DNA of 64,000 nt from an uncultured virus (IMG/VR IMGVR_UViG_3300032770_000008) (Duplodnaviria > Heunggongvirae > Uroviricota > Caudoviricetes): the IMG/VR virus record IMGVR_UViG_3300032770_000008; one strand, written 5' to 3'. Shown here piece by piece: positions 20,264 to 30,099 of this stretch. The translations under genes were made by a program, and so were the position numbers. How positions within the stretch are numbered: the first letter of the stretch is position 1; every line of letters starts with the position of its first letter. A model generated the notes under the pieces. It was not told the origin of the DNA, searched no databases, and saw only the letters and a program-made list of their open reading frames with translations.

Positions 20264-20731
20264 TCAGTCGAGACCCCTGGCCTTGCGAATTGCCAGCGCG
20301 GTTTCTAACGCTGGCAGCGCGGCGAGATCTTTCGGCCGCCCGGCGGCCCGCTTGGACTTGATGACGTCCACGAGTGACGCGACGGTGAGGACGTCGGTGC
20401 CGACGGGTGCTAGATGCGATCGGGCGCGCGCAGATGCGTAGGTGATCCCGCCGGACAGCTTGTCGAACAGGATGTCGATTGGGACGCGCGGGCCGAAGAT
20501 GCGCCGCGTCTTGTCGGCGATCGGAACCAGGGTGCCGCCGAGCTCGGCCGCGAGCAGCTTGAGCTTCTTCTGATTCTGCGGCGTGTCGCGCACGAGGAGA
20601 TCCACGTCGTGCGTCAGTACCGACGCGTCGCTGAGGATGGCTGCCGTGTTTCCGACCACGATCGCCTCGAGCTTCACGCGGCGAAGTACTGTCGCGAGGA
20701 TGCCTAGGAATCGATCATCTCTAGAAATCAT
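20264..20731 (-). CDS. Nucleotidyltransferase-fold protein (toxin-antitoxin-like)
   Basis: 'VGNTAA...THDVDL...IKSKRAAGRPKD' pattern of the DUF6036/AbiEii-like NTase group. Confidence 0.65.
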   Translation of the reverse strand: MISRDDRFLGILATVLRRVKLEAIVVGNTAAILSDASVLTHDVDLLVRDTPQNQKKLKLLAAELGGTLVPIADKTRRIFGPRVPIDILFDKLSGGITYASARARSHLAPVGTDVLTVASLVDVIKSKRAAGRPKDLAALPALETALAIRKARGLD

Positions 20732-20957
20732 AGCCGCCTTCGGGGCGCGGGAAGATGAAGAAGACGCGATCATCACGGGGACCGCGGCACATGCGCTCGA
20801 TGACGAGCAGCGCGTCTCCCGGATCGGTGTCTGGGATCTTCGACGCGATCTCCGCGTAGATCGCCTGGATCCGCGCGACCAGCACGTTCGCTTTTCGAGG
20901 TCGTCCGCCGAGCGCGCCGTTGCGGCGCGAGGCGCGTTTGCGCGCGCTGTGTGTCAT
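20721..20957 (-). CDS. Small protein coupled to the NTase (putative antitoxin)
   Basis: Overlaps the NTase start; basic N-terminus 'NGALGGRPRK'. Confidence 0.45.
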   Translation of the reverse strand: MTHSARKRASRRNGALGGRPRKANVLVARIQAIYAEIASKIPDTDPGDALLVIERMCRGPRDDRVFFIFPRPEGGYDF

Positions 20958-21222
20958 GACGAAGATTGTAGCGCCGCAGTTAGGTTTGGTCAACGCGTCG
21001 CTAGAAAACCTAGGATTAGTTTCTCCGATAGTTCTTGAAGAAGTCGGGTTGCTGCTCGTCGCGCAGGAGCTTGCCGTGATCGTCGAGTTCGACGCCGAAG
21101 AAGTTGCGGCAGCCTCGGTCGAAGTGTGATTGGACGTACTCGCGCGAGAGCTTCCACTTGACGCCCTCGAAGGCGGCGCGTGCTCTCATGTAGGTGCAGA
21201 GTGCGTTGACTTCCATCGCACT

Positions 21223-22875
21223 TCAACCTTCCTCGAGCCACGCTCGATAGCTGTCGCCGGTAAGTTGATCGGAAATATTTTTGCTCTCGCGCAGCGATCG
21301 CAGGATCTTTTCATCGACGGTGCGAGCGGCGATGAGATCGTAGTACGTCACGGCCTTGTGCTGTCCCGGCCGGTGCGATCGATCTTCGGCCTGCACGCGG
21401 TCGAGCAGGCTGAATGTGTTCGAGTAGAACACGTGCGCGCTCGCCTCGTTGATCGTGAGGCCGACACCCATGCTCGCGGCTTTAGCGATGATAAAACGGG
21501 CCTTGCCAGAACGGAAGCGATCGAGGGCGATCTCTCGCTTCGGTCCAGAGACCTCACCGTCATAGCGGACGCACCTCGCCGGACCGAGCTCGCGCGTGAT
21601 TCGATCGATGTCGTACGTGAAGCGTGCCCAGATGATCGATGGCGGCAGATCTTCGCAGAGTTCGAGTAGGTGCTCGATGCGGGGATCGTGCCCATCGCGC
21701 GGGAAGAGCTGTGGAGGAGCATCTGGATTTTCGACATCTGGCAGGAAGCCGCACGCGAGCTGTTGCAGGCGCAAAACGCGTACGAGTGCGAGCGTGGCGG
21801 TGACGAGCGTGCCGGAGTCGAGCTCGAGCATATATTCGCGTCGTAACTGATCGTAGGCGCGGCGCTGCTCGGGGTGGAGATCGAACAAGATCCTCGAGTA
21901 AAGCTTCGGGGGCAGATTGAGCCCAGCGGCCTCTTTCGTGAGGCGAGAGGACATTGGCTGGAGCATCTCGCGGAGGCGATCGAGCTCGCGGAACCCGACG
22001 ACGACCTCGATGGTTCGTCCAATCGTCGGTTGATGTTTTTCGGCCGCTGACGAAGAAACATCACCATTTGGTTGATGTTTTTCGATCAGGGTCGAAGAAA
22101 CGTTACCGATGCTTTCTAAATCGAGCTGTTCGTAGAGATCGACATCGCCTGCGCCGTGCGGGACGATCGGATCACGCTTGCTGGTCTTGACCTTGTTGTC
22201 ATCGCGATCGTCCTCGCCGCCCACGACGATCTTCTTCATCACCGCGAAGCGCGCTTGGAACGCGGTCCACGATCCGATTCCGTGACGAACCCAGTAGTTC
22301 TCGTCGAGGATCTTCATCTGCGCGTAGACGTCGAGGGCACTGTTTGTCGACGGCGTGCCGTTCAACAAGCGCACGTAGCGTGCGAGTTTGCGGAGCGCGG
22401 CGACCTTCTTCGTGCGCAGCGCTGTCGGATTCTTCACCCGGCTGCCCTCGTCGATTACGAGCATGAAGCGCGGGCACTTCTCCTTGAAGGCGAGCACCGC
22501 GGCACGTCCACGCGCGGTGATAATCCCCTCGAAGGTGCAGGCGAAGAAGAGGAGCTTCTGCTGGTTGTTCAAGAGCTCGGCGAGCGCGCGATCTTGTCCC
22601 TTGCCGCGATCGGAGTGCCAGTCGAGACCGTTCCACTCGATCGCACAGTGTCGCGGGATTTCGTCGGAGACCCACGCTCGATGCACACCACGCGGCGCGA
22701 TGACGACGGCACCGTCGATCTTGCCGGCGTTGTAGAGGCGGACGGCCGTGTGGATCGTCGGGGCGGTTTTGCCGCAGCCGCACTCCCAGAAGATAGCGAA
22801 GGCTTCGTGCTGCCACGTCTCTTCGAGCAGCGCCGTTTGATGCGGGAAGAGAGGAGGAGGAACCTTGGATTGCAT
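21223..22875 (-). CDS. SNF2-family helicase
   Basis: 'LFPHQ', 'WECGCGKT', 'IDEGS', 'LNGTP', 'QAEDRSHRPGQ'. Confidence 0.9.
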   Translation of the reverse strand: MQSKVPPPLFPHQTALLEETWQHEAFAIFWECGCGKTAPTIHTAVRLYNAGKIDGAVVIAPRGVHRAWVSDEIPRHCAIEWNGLDWHSDRGKGQDRALAELLNNQQKLLFFACTFEGIITARGRAAVLAFKEKCPRFMLVIDEGSRVKNPTALRTKKVAALRKLARYVRLLNGTPSTNSALDVYAQMKILDENYWVRHGIGSWTAFQARFAVMKKIVVGGEDDRDDNKVKTSKRDPIVPHGAGDVDLYEQLDLESIGNVSSTLIEKHQPNGDVSSSAAEKHQPTIGRTIEVVVGFRELDRLREMLQPMSSRLTKEAAGLNLPPKLYSRILFDLHPEQRRAYDQLRREYMLELDSGTLVTATLALVRVLRLQQLACGFLPDVENPDAPPQLFPRDGHDPRIEHLLELCEDLPPSIIWARFTYDIDRITRELGPARCVRYDGEVSGPKREIALDRFRSGKARFIIAKAASMGVGLTINEASAHVFYSNTFSLLDRVQAEDRSHRPGQHKAVTYYDLIAARTVDEKILRSLRESKNISDQLTGDSYRAWLEEG

Positions 22876-22977
22876 TGGAGCGCACCGCTTCGCGTGGGCT
22901 TGCAGGGACATGCTTCGCCTCGCCGTGCGATGGCCAGCATTGCCCGGCCTGGCCACGGCATGCGTTACAGGGCAGCG

Positions 22978-23604
22978 TTAAGCTGTTTTTTTCGCTTCCT
23001 TGATCTTCTGTTCTACGAATACCTCCCAGTGCGATACGAGGAAGCGGCCAAATGGCCCCTTCCTCGATGGCCTGAAGTCTCCGAGTCCGATTTTTGTGCC
23101 GAGATCGTCGACGAGCAGCCGAACGATTGCGTGATCGAACATCTTGTCGTCGATGAGTAACGTGAAGTCGAGCCCCCACGCGTCGAAGCGTGGTCGATGA
23201 CACATCATCCGCCCGCCGGTCGCGGGGTTCACGACAGAGCGGCTGTCGACCTCCCAGGTTGGCCACTCTCCGGGCTTGAATGGATCGGAGAGTAAGCATT
23301 CGAGCTCTTCGATCTGGACGCCAGCCGGGACGAGCGATGACTTGTGTGTCGTGATCGCTTTGCGTCCCGCCTTGTGAAAGGCGCCCGCGTCGATGAGGCC
23401 ACGAAAAACGTTCGGTCCGGGTAGCATCGGCCGTCCATTCGCTGACGTGTAGAGCTTTGGTTCGGCTTGCTCGCGTGGTGTGCCGCGCGCGCTGATTGTG
23501 ATCGTGGAGGAAGAACCGGCGCTGATCTTCGCGGCCGCTTGCTCGGTGAAGCGATTCATGAGGAGCGGCGAGGAGCCGGCGATGGAGCATTTGATCTTGG
23601 ACAC
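22978..23604 (-). CDS. Conserved phage hypothetical protein
   Basis: 'SPLLMN...RPRF..W...GLGDFRP...GPFGRF' family pattern; RBS aaggaaagg. Confidence 0.6.
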   Translation of the reverse strand: MSKIKCSIAGSSPLLMNRFTEQAAAKISAGSSSTITISARGTPREQAEPKLYTSANGRPMLPGPNVFRGLIDAGAFHKAGRKAITTHKSSLVPAGVQIEELECLLSDPFKPGEWPTWEVDSRSVVNPATGGRMMCHRPRFDAWGLDFTLLIDDKMFDHAIVRLLVDDLGTKIGLGDFRPSRKGPFGRFLVSHWEVFVEQKIKEAKKTA

Positions 23605-23641
23605 AAGAACCTTTCCTTGGAGAGCTTTGCCTGTGGCGAGC

Positions 23642-23848
23642 CTAGCCGGGGACTGCCTTGCCCCGCCGAACCGAGCCACGCCCTGAACTAACGTCTCGCT
23701 CGATTATTTCATTGGCCGCTTCGCGCAAAAATTCCGCGATACGTAGCCGCTTCGTCTTCGCGTGCTTCAACCAACGCCGATAATCCGCCGGCGTGCAGCG
23801 CATCTCGAAGCGTTTCGAGAGTCGCCGTGAGGGATGCAGTACGTTCAC
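23642..23848 (-). CDS. Ribbon-helix-helix DNA-binding protein
   Basis: 'KRFEMRCTPADYRRW...IAEFLREAAN'. Confidence 0.55.
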   Translation of the reverse strand: MNVLHPSRRLSKRFEMRCTPADYRRWLKHAKTKRLRIAEFLREAANEIIERDVSSGRGSVRRGKAVPG

Positions 23849-23856
23849 GCCACGGG

Positions 23857-23885
23857 CTTGTACGTAAACGTAGACGGGATGTCAA
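23857..23885 (-). promoter_or_regulatory. Sigma70-like promoter TTGACA-N17-TACAAG
   Basis: Exact -35 hexamer and 17-nt spacer directly upstream of the RHH gene start at 23848. Confidence 0.6.
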
Positions 23886-24611
23886 GCGTCATCTGGCCGC
23901 GCGTCTCTGACGCTTCGCGAGCTCTTCGACGATCTTCTGCTGCCAGCGCTCGAGCCACGCGAGCCGCGATCGCCCGCGCGCGTTCGCGGTGATGTGCTGC
24001 ATGCGCGCGTCGATGTGGACGAGCGCGTCTTCGAGCAGCTCGCGCGAGACGGTCGTCCAGGTCGCGTAGCGGCCGACCAATAGGCCGAGCCGCATGAGCG
24101 GCGTTGCCCGGAAGCGGCGCTGGCGCTGGCGCTCGAGCTTTGCCGCGCGCCGATCTTCGTTCATGGCCCTCACGTGGCGGTCTCCGAAAAATCGGTCAGC
24201 TCCTCGACGGAGACGCGCTGTTCGTAGCCAGTCTCGCGATCGAGCTTCGACGTGATCCCGACGTCGCCGAGGCGCGAGACCATGGTCACGCGCACACGCG
24301 CCCCGGCGTGCGTCGCGAAGAGCCGCGGATACGGCGCGGGATCGAGCATGCCGTGCGCTGGCATGCGGGCGCGTGCGAGGAACTTGCGGAGCGCGTCGGG
24401 CGCCGCGGGATCGTCGATGTAGTCGTCGCAGTGCCTCACGGTTGTTCCGCCGGTGGCAGCGATGCCTTCGCCTCTTGGAGTTGTCGAACGAATTCGTCGA
24501 GCTGCTCCGGCGTCATGTCGACTTGCACGAGACCGAGTCGATTCTTGTGGAAGAGAATCGAGACGAGGCGCTGCGTGCGGTTCGTCGTGACGTCGTATTC
24601 GACCCGGCGTA

Positions 24612-26387
24612 TCACCCGAATAGCTCCTGTGCCGCGCGCACGCCGCCGGGCACCTTCACCACGTAGCCCATCTCCGCGAACCGCGCGAGCGCGGTCGACG
24701 TGTCGCCGCTGCACGCGTATGGCTTGATCGCGTCGGCGCGCGCGATCGTGTTCGGGTACACCTCGCACACGTTGCTGAGGATTGTCCGCTCCATCTGCGA
24801 GAGCTTGCCGGCGCCGTTCAGGAGTCGCGCGCGGAGCGCGTCGCCGGTTGGTAGCTTCTCGAAGTCGCCTAGGATATCGAGGGCGCTGTCTGTCGCGTGG
24901 AGCTTCCCGTCGAGCGCCTTATCGATGTGTCCGGCCTCGATCAGTCGCGCGATCGCGGTCGACGTGTCGCCGCTCCGCGCGTAGCCGGCGAAGAGGAGGG
25001 TCTGCTTTCGAGTGAGGCCGCTTGGGTGCTGCGCGATCGCGGTTAAGATGCGCCGCTCGATCGGCTTGAGCTCGCCGGTGTCACGTGGCTTGGTCATGGC
25101 CGATCGCGCGCCCTGGCCGGCGTCGAGATCGTGCATGCCGCGCGGCGGTTGAATGCCGGTACCTGCGAACGGCGGTTTCGCTGGCGGCGGTGCCGGCGTG
25201 CCCGCCAGCTGGATCGCTTTGCGTAGCTCATCCGCCGCCTGCTCGAGCCGCGCGATCGGTGCCGCGAACGTGGCGCGCACGTCCTCGATCGTCTTCTCGA
25301 CGCGCGCGGTGGTGATGTCGGCGAGCCGCCCGACGCTCTCGACGAGCTTCTCGGCGCGGGTGAGCTGGCCGTCCTTCAGGACGGGTTTCTCGACGATCTT
25401 CTTGTTTGCTGGCGCGCCCGGCGCGCCCGGCGGTTTCTTCGCGAGCTCGCGCTCGAGCTCGGCGACGCGCAGCTTGAGCGCTTTCGGATCGTTGGCCTTC
25501 TGCCGCTCGGCGGCCTCGGCCATCGTCTTGCCAAGTCGGGCGATGTCGATCGGCGCTAGGATCTTAGGCTCGCGTTTCTTTTCGCCAGCCTTGGGCGTTG
25601 CGCCCGAGTCGAACGTGTGGCGCTGACGGATCGCGACGCGCTTGAACAGATGCTGCGACGGATTCCACGCCCACGCTTCGCCGCGCGGCAGCGAGGGCAG
25701 CGAGGTCATCATCTCCGCGGCGAGCTTCGCGTCGGCATTGCGGCGCACCCACTTGTCGATCGCGTCGAGATCGAGCGGATGGCTGCACCCCATCGCGATC
25801 AGCATGTCGGCTTGCGAAAGCACGTTCTTGTTGAGCACGCTCGCGCGCTGCGTGATGAGCGTGCAGCCGATGCCCTTCTTGCGGCCGCGCCGGACAATGT
25901 CGTCGGTCGCGCCGCACGTCTTCATCTCGCCGCCGAATGGTTGCTGCGGTGCGAAAATGTCGGCCTCGTCGAGGAAGAGGTGCATCGCCTCGCGGTTCTT
26001 GCGGTAAAGGGTCTCCAGAAAGTCGCCGACGAACCGGAGCTCCTCGCCCTTAGTCATCGTCTCGGTGCACACGATTGCGGAGAAGCGCTCGCGCACGATC
26101 GCCTCGGCGAGTACCGCGCCGCCACCGGGCTCGAGCTGGATGTCGCCGTGATCGCCGCCGAATACCGCGATCGGGTAGCCGGTCGATCGCCCGTCGGGGC
26201 TCGATCGGAGGCCGTAGTGCGCGTCGGTCGGATCGACGATCACGACGAGTTGTCCAGCGTCGAGCAGTTCTTCGGCTTCGACAGCGGCTGTGTACGACTT
26301 GCCCTTGCCTTTTTGCGCGAGGATCGCCTGCGTTGAGGTGACGAAGTCGGCGCCGAGAATGAGATCGTCGGAGATGCGGAGCTTCAT
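24612..26387 (-). CDS. HerA/FtsK-like ATPase (DUF87-type) with C-terminal winged helices
   Basis: Walker A 'AQKGKGKS', 'VDPT', Walker B 'LDEAD', 'GRKKGIG..LITQR'. Confidence 0.8.
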   Translation of the reverse strand: MKLRISDDLILGADFVTSTQAILAQKGKGKSYTAAVEAEELLDAGQLVVIVDPTDAHYGLRSSPDGRSTGYPIAVFGGDHGDIQLEPGGGAVLAEAIVRERFSAIVCTETMTKGEELRFVGDFLETLYRKNREAMHLFLDEADIFAPQQPFGGEMKTCGATDDIVRRGRKKGIGCTLITQRASVLNKNVLSQADMLIAMGCSHPLDLDAIDKWVRRNADAKLAAEMMTSLPSLPRGEAWAWNPSQHLFKRVAIRQRHTFDSGATPKAGEKKREPKILAPIDIARLGKTMAEAAERQKANDPKALKLRVAELERELAKKPPGAPGAPANKKIVEKPVLKDGQLTRAEKLVESVGRLADITTARVEKTIEDVRATFAAPIARLEQAADELRKAIQLAGTPAPPPAKPPFAGTGIQPPRGMHDLDAGQGARSAMTKPRDTGELKPIERRILTAIAQHPSGLTRKQTLLFAGYARSGDTSTAIARLIEAGHIDKALDGKLHATDSALDILGDFEKLPTGDALRARLLNGAGKLSQMERTILSNVCEVYPNTIARADAIKPYACSGDTSTALARFAEMGYVVKVPGGVRAAQELFG

Positions 26388-26610
26388 GGCGCTGTTCCTT
26401 GCTCGAGGATCCGCGCGGCCGTTCCGTCCTCGCCGATGTCGCGGAGCTCGATGGCGGTTCCGGGATTGACGTCGCGGCGTGTTTGTGGCGCGACCAGTGA
26501 CCGATACGACTTGAGTGCCTCGATGTACGAGTGGTGTCGGGACCAGAGGCGCTGCTCGCCGTCGAGATGCGAGATGCGGACCTCGTAGCGGCAGCCGCGG
26601 AATGGCTTGG

Positions 26611-26958
26611 TCATCGGTCCTCGAAGGCTTTGTCGAGCGCGTGCTCGCGCTGCTCTGCGCGCAGGCGATCGATCTCGTCGAGCAACGCGAGCACGACGCT
26701 CGGCTGCGCCGCGACGATGTAGTCGAGCACCTCGGGCCGCGCGTGCAAATCGGGATGGCCGTCGCTCGGCTGCCTGACCGCGCACAGTACGTCGCCATCG
26801 CCGTTGCAGCCGATCCGGCGGAAGCTGTTGCTCGTCTGGAGCTCCCAGCGGGATCGAAGCGCGCTCGGGATGCGTTCGGTGATCTCGCGGAGCTTGTCGC
26901 GCCAGGGAAGCGTCACAGGCCGGCTCCGATTCCGACGATCGCGACTTTTTGGAACCAC
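26611..26958 (-). CDS. Ead/Ea22-like phage protein
   Basis: 'YIVAAQPSVVLALLDEIDRLR' signature. Confidence 0.6.
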   Translation of the reverse strand: MVPKSRDRRNRSRPVTLPWRDKLREITERIPSALRSRWELQTSNSFRRIGCNGDGDVLCAVRQPSDGHPDLHARPEVLDYIVAAQPSVVLALLDEIDRLRAEQREHALDKAFEDR

Positions 26959-27692
26959 GATCGTTCGATCTGGCTCTGCTCGTCCAAGAACAGCCGCAGC
27001 ACCTCGAGCTGCTTATCGCGCGTGAGCCGCGTGGTTGCCAGGAGGATCGACAGGTAGCTCGCGTGCGTCGGTGCATCTCCCGGGACGGGGGCGTCATCTT
27101 CGCGTTGACGCAGTGTCTGGATCTGTCGCGTGAGCGCCTTGTACGCGTCGCTCTTCCGCTCGTGCTTCTTCCGCTTCTTCTCACAGATCGCGATCAGCTG
27201 CTCGGGGTGCAGCAGGTAGCGCCCGCGTCGACTCGGGACGATCGTGAGGATTTTGGGATGGAGCGGGTGGATTTCGCTGGCGCCCTGGAGCGAAGCGAGC
27301 TGCTCGAGCGAGAAGCCGATCCACACGCCGCTCACGAGCATTCCGCTCTGCCAGTCGTCGACGAAATCGATCCAGGTCTTCTTGACCATTTCACCGCCGT
27401 CGAGTCCCGGTGGATTGAGGAAGCCCGTGCCGCCACCCCCGCCCATCGCGCGCCGGCGATCTTCGCTGATGAGCATGTCGCGCCCGCGCTTGCCGTCGAG
27501 GTACGCCGTTGGCCGCTGACCGTCGGGCCAGTGCTCGTTCCAGTACGTCGAGCTCGCGTAGTCGAGGTTGATCGCGCAGCCGATGCCGGCCGGGGCGAGC
27601 ACGCGCAGCGCAAGCGCCTTGCCAAGCATCGGCGTGCCCCAGTCCGGGCTCGCGGTGGAGTGCATAGCAATGGAGGGAGCAGCGTTGATCAT
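26913..27692 (-). CDS. Phage DNA adenine methyltransferase-like protein
   Basis: 'DWGTP', 'LDYASS', 'FLNPPG' (variant of NPPY). Confidence 0.5.
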   Translation of the reverse strand: MINAAPSIAMHSTASPDWGTPMLGKALALRVLAPAGIGCAINLDYASSTYWNEHWPDGQRPTAYLDGKRGRDMLISEDRRRAMGGGGGTGFLNPPGLDGGEMVKKTWIDFVDDWQSGMLVSGVWIGFSLEQLASLQGASEIHPLHPKILTIVPSRRGRYLLHPEQLIAICEKKRKKHERKSDAYKALTRQIQTLRQREDDAPVPGDAPTHASYLSILLATTRLTRDKQLEVLRLFLDEQSQIERSWFQKVAIVGIGAGL

Positions 27693-28180
27693 GTTTCGGC
27701 TTCTTTCAGCGCTTTCCACGTTTGGCCGCGAACGGCATGTCGAACCACGTGATATCGAACGCCGGCGGTGCGCGCGATGTCGACGATTCTTTCGCCACTG
27801 TCGACGCGCTGCCGCCACTCGTGCACCAATTCCGGTGTTGCCTGCCTGTTGTGATGACGTCCTCGCAGCGCGCAGTCGGTGATGTTCTTGCTCTGATCGC
27901 CGTCCTCAAGATGATCGGCGTTCACGCAGGCACGTGTGTCGCAGGTGTGCAAAGCGAGCTGCGATGGCCATCGTCCGTGCTTCAAGAAGAAAGCGTAACG
28001 ATGAGCTCGTACGTCTTTTTGCCTTAGCTGGCCGGATGGTTTTCGTGTGTCGAGCGTGATTCGGAACTTGCCGTAGCCGTCTTTGTCGAGCCCACCTGTC
28101 CAAAGATGGCAGCCGTTCGGCGCCACCTCGATGTGGCTTTGGAAAAGAACAGCGGGATCTGTTCTGGCGCCTTTACGCAT
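27689..28180 (-). CDS. HNH homing endonuclease
   Basis: 'CHLWTG...GYG...AHRYAF...HTCDTRACVNADHL...N'. Confidence 0.85.
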   Translation of the reverse strand: MRKGARTDPAVLFQSHIEVAPNGCHLWTGGLDKDGYGKFRITLDTRKPSGQLRQKDVRAHRYAFFLKHGRWPSQLALHTCDTRACVNADHLEDGDQSKNITDCALRGRHHNRQATPELVHEWRQRVDSGERIVDIARTAGVRYHVVRHAVRGQTWKALKEAET

Positions 28181-28204
28181 CGATCTGTCCGATCCGCATC
28201 TCGA

Positions 28205-28369
28205 TCACTTCGCCGCTCCGTTCTCCTGCACCGCGTTGTTCGCCGCGACGCGCACGAACGCTGCGACGCCGGGGAGCTTGAGCTGCTTGGCCCGTTTCTC
28301 CCAGCGCCGGAATTCGGCCGGAGAGCAGCGGAGCTCGAAGCGCTTGGTCAGGATCGGCGGCTTTGCCAT
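28205..28369 (-). CDS. Ribbon-helix-helix protein (54 aa, not in ORF track)
   Basis: Manual translation MAKPPILTKRFELRCSPAEFRRWEKRAKQLKLPGVAAFVRVAANNAVQENGAAK; clear paralogue of 23642..23848. Confidence 0.6.
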   Translation of the reverse strand: MAKPPILTKRFELRCSPAEFRRWEKRAKQLKLPGVAAFVRVAANNAVQENGAAK

Positions 28370-28460
28370 GCCCACGTACGTACATCATCAGGCTGACATC
28401 GGGAAGTGGGGATCTCTTCGCGAACTGGACGCGCCGAGCGTGCCCGCGTAGAAGGAGATC

Positions 28461-28676
28461 ATGCGTCGAACGACCTCGAAGCACACCACGATCTCGATGC
28501 GGGGCGAGACCTACGCGCGCCTCCGCGATCGGATCGATCGCGAGGCGGCTGTTCGGCACCACCGCGGTCGCCGGATCGGTAACGTCGGCCAGGTCGTCGA
28601 TGATCTGATCGTCATCGCGCTCGATGATCCGGCGATCGCCGCCGAGATCATCGCGCGAATCGCCGGCGCCAATTGA
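28461..28676 (+). CDS. Small DNA-binding protein (RHH-like)
   Basis: 'HTTISMRGETYARL...VGQVVDDLI'. Confidence 0.45.
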   Translation: MRRTTSKHTTISMRGETYARLRDRIDREAAVRHHRGRRIGNVGQVVDDLIVIALDDPAIAAEIIARIAGAN

Positions 28677-28708
28677 CATACGTACGTGAACGTGCTCCTT
28701 TGACGCGT

Positions 28709-29080
28709 ATGCTGAACGATACGCAGTCTCGCGTCACAAAATTGGTGTCTCGATTCCAGTCCGATCTCGTCGCGCTCGCGTCGGAGATTGCCTCGCAGAC
28801 GATTCGAGATGCTCTCGTCGTCAACGGCAACGGCCATTCCAATGGCCACGCGCGCGGCGGTTCCCAGAAGGGTCAGAAGCGCGATCCCGCCGTGATCGCG
28901 GAGACGGGCAAGCGCTTCGTCGCGTTCGTCGCCAAGCACCCGGGCCTGCGCATCGAGCAGATCAACAAGCAGCTCGGTACGACGACCAAGGATCTCGCGC
29001 TGCCGATTCGCAAGCTCCTCGCGGACAAGGCGATCAAGATCAAGGGACAGAAGCGCTCGACGACGTACTTCGTGAAGTAA
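28709..29080 (+). CDS. Histone-like basic DNA-binding protein of the type common in myxobacteria
   Basis: 'HPGLRIEQINKQLGTTTKDLALPIRKLL...KGQKRSTTYF' recalled as a Polyangia/Myxococcota DNA-binding protein family. Confidence 0.6.
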   Translation: MLNDTQSRVTKLVSRFQSDLVALASEIASQTIRDALVVNGNGHSNGHARGGSQKGQKRDPAVIAETGKRFVAFVAKHPGLRIEQINKQLGTTTKDLALPIRKLLADKAIKIKGQKRSTTYFVK

Positions 29081-30099
29081 GCTGGCGTCTCGTTAGAGAT
29101 CGTCGCCGTCGTTCCCGTCGTCGATCGCCTCGACGGGTACTTCGACGGCGATCTCGAGACCCGGATCGTTCGGATCGACGACGCGCTTGTCGGGCGCGTC
29201 GGGGGTCCGCGCCGTGCGCGTGCGTGCCATCGCGATCAGCGGATCGGCCATGGGCGGCGTATCGTCGTCGCCCTCGTAGTCGCTCTCGATGTCGTCGCGC
29301 ACGACCTCGGGCAGCTCCTCGCGGAGCTCGATAGCGGTCACGTCGACGCCGGCCATCGTGCGCGCGTGCTGCCACGCCTTGGTGGGATCGAGATACGCGG
29401 CGAGGGGTCCCACGTTGGGAGCCCACACGACGTGCAGCGTCATCTTGGCTCGTGCCACCCGCGCTCGATCGTAACAGCCGGCGCGCGCCGGGGCTTGACG
29501 AGATCTCGTGCGATTTTGTAGAAGGGCCGCTGCTATGTGGTTTCCCGCGTTGTGCCTGGGCGCGCTGGTGCTGGTCGTGGAGGCGGCACGGTGGCACTTC
29601 CGGCCGGCGGCGCGGCGAGCTCGACACGTGCGCCGGATCCGGCGCCAGGAGCGGCTGTGCTAAGGCCGGAGGTCGCGCGCGCGATCGTCGCGATGTCGTT
29701 CGGCGTCGGCGCTCGCGCGCTCGCGCAGCACCACGACGCCGATACCTTGATCTGGACTGCGTACGATCGATCATTCAAGGTGCACTACCGCGCCGAGCGC
29801 GCCGCCGCCGAGTGGATCGACCACGGAGGCGAGGGATGAGCTTCATGCTGGACATCGAGCTGCACCAGCGATCGCCGCTCGAGCAGCTCGCGATCGACTT
29901 CTTCAGGTCGCGCAACAAGACGCCGTCGATCGACTTCTGCCGGCGCGCGCTTGGCGTGCCCGAGAACGAGGCGATCGTCGCACGCCGGCTCGGCGTTGCG
30001 ATCTCGACGGTGCGCGGCTGGCGCGAAATCGGTGCCCGCGCGCGCGGTTTGAGCTGCGAGTAGCCGCACACGGGACAATGCACGGTCAGGGCCTTGCCT

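Noticed and set aside
24612..26387. HerA-like ATPase as the genome-packaging motor
   Set aside because: Architecture (DUF87-type plus winged helices) and location among early genes do not support the call
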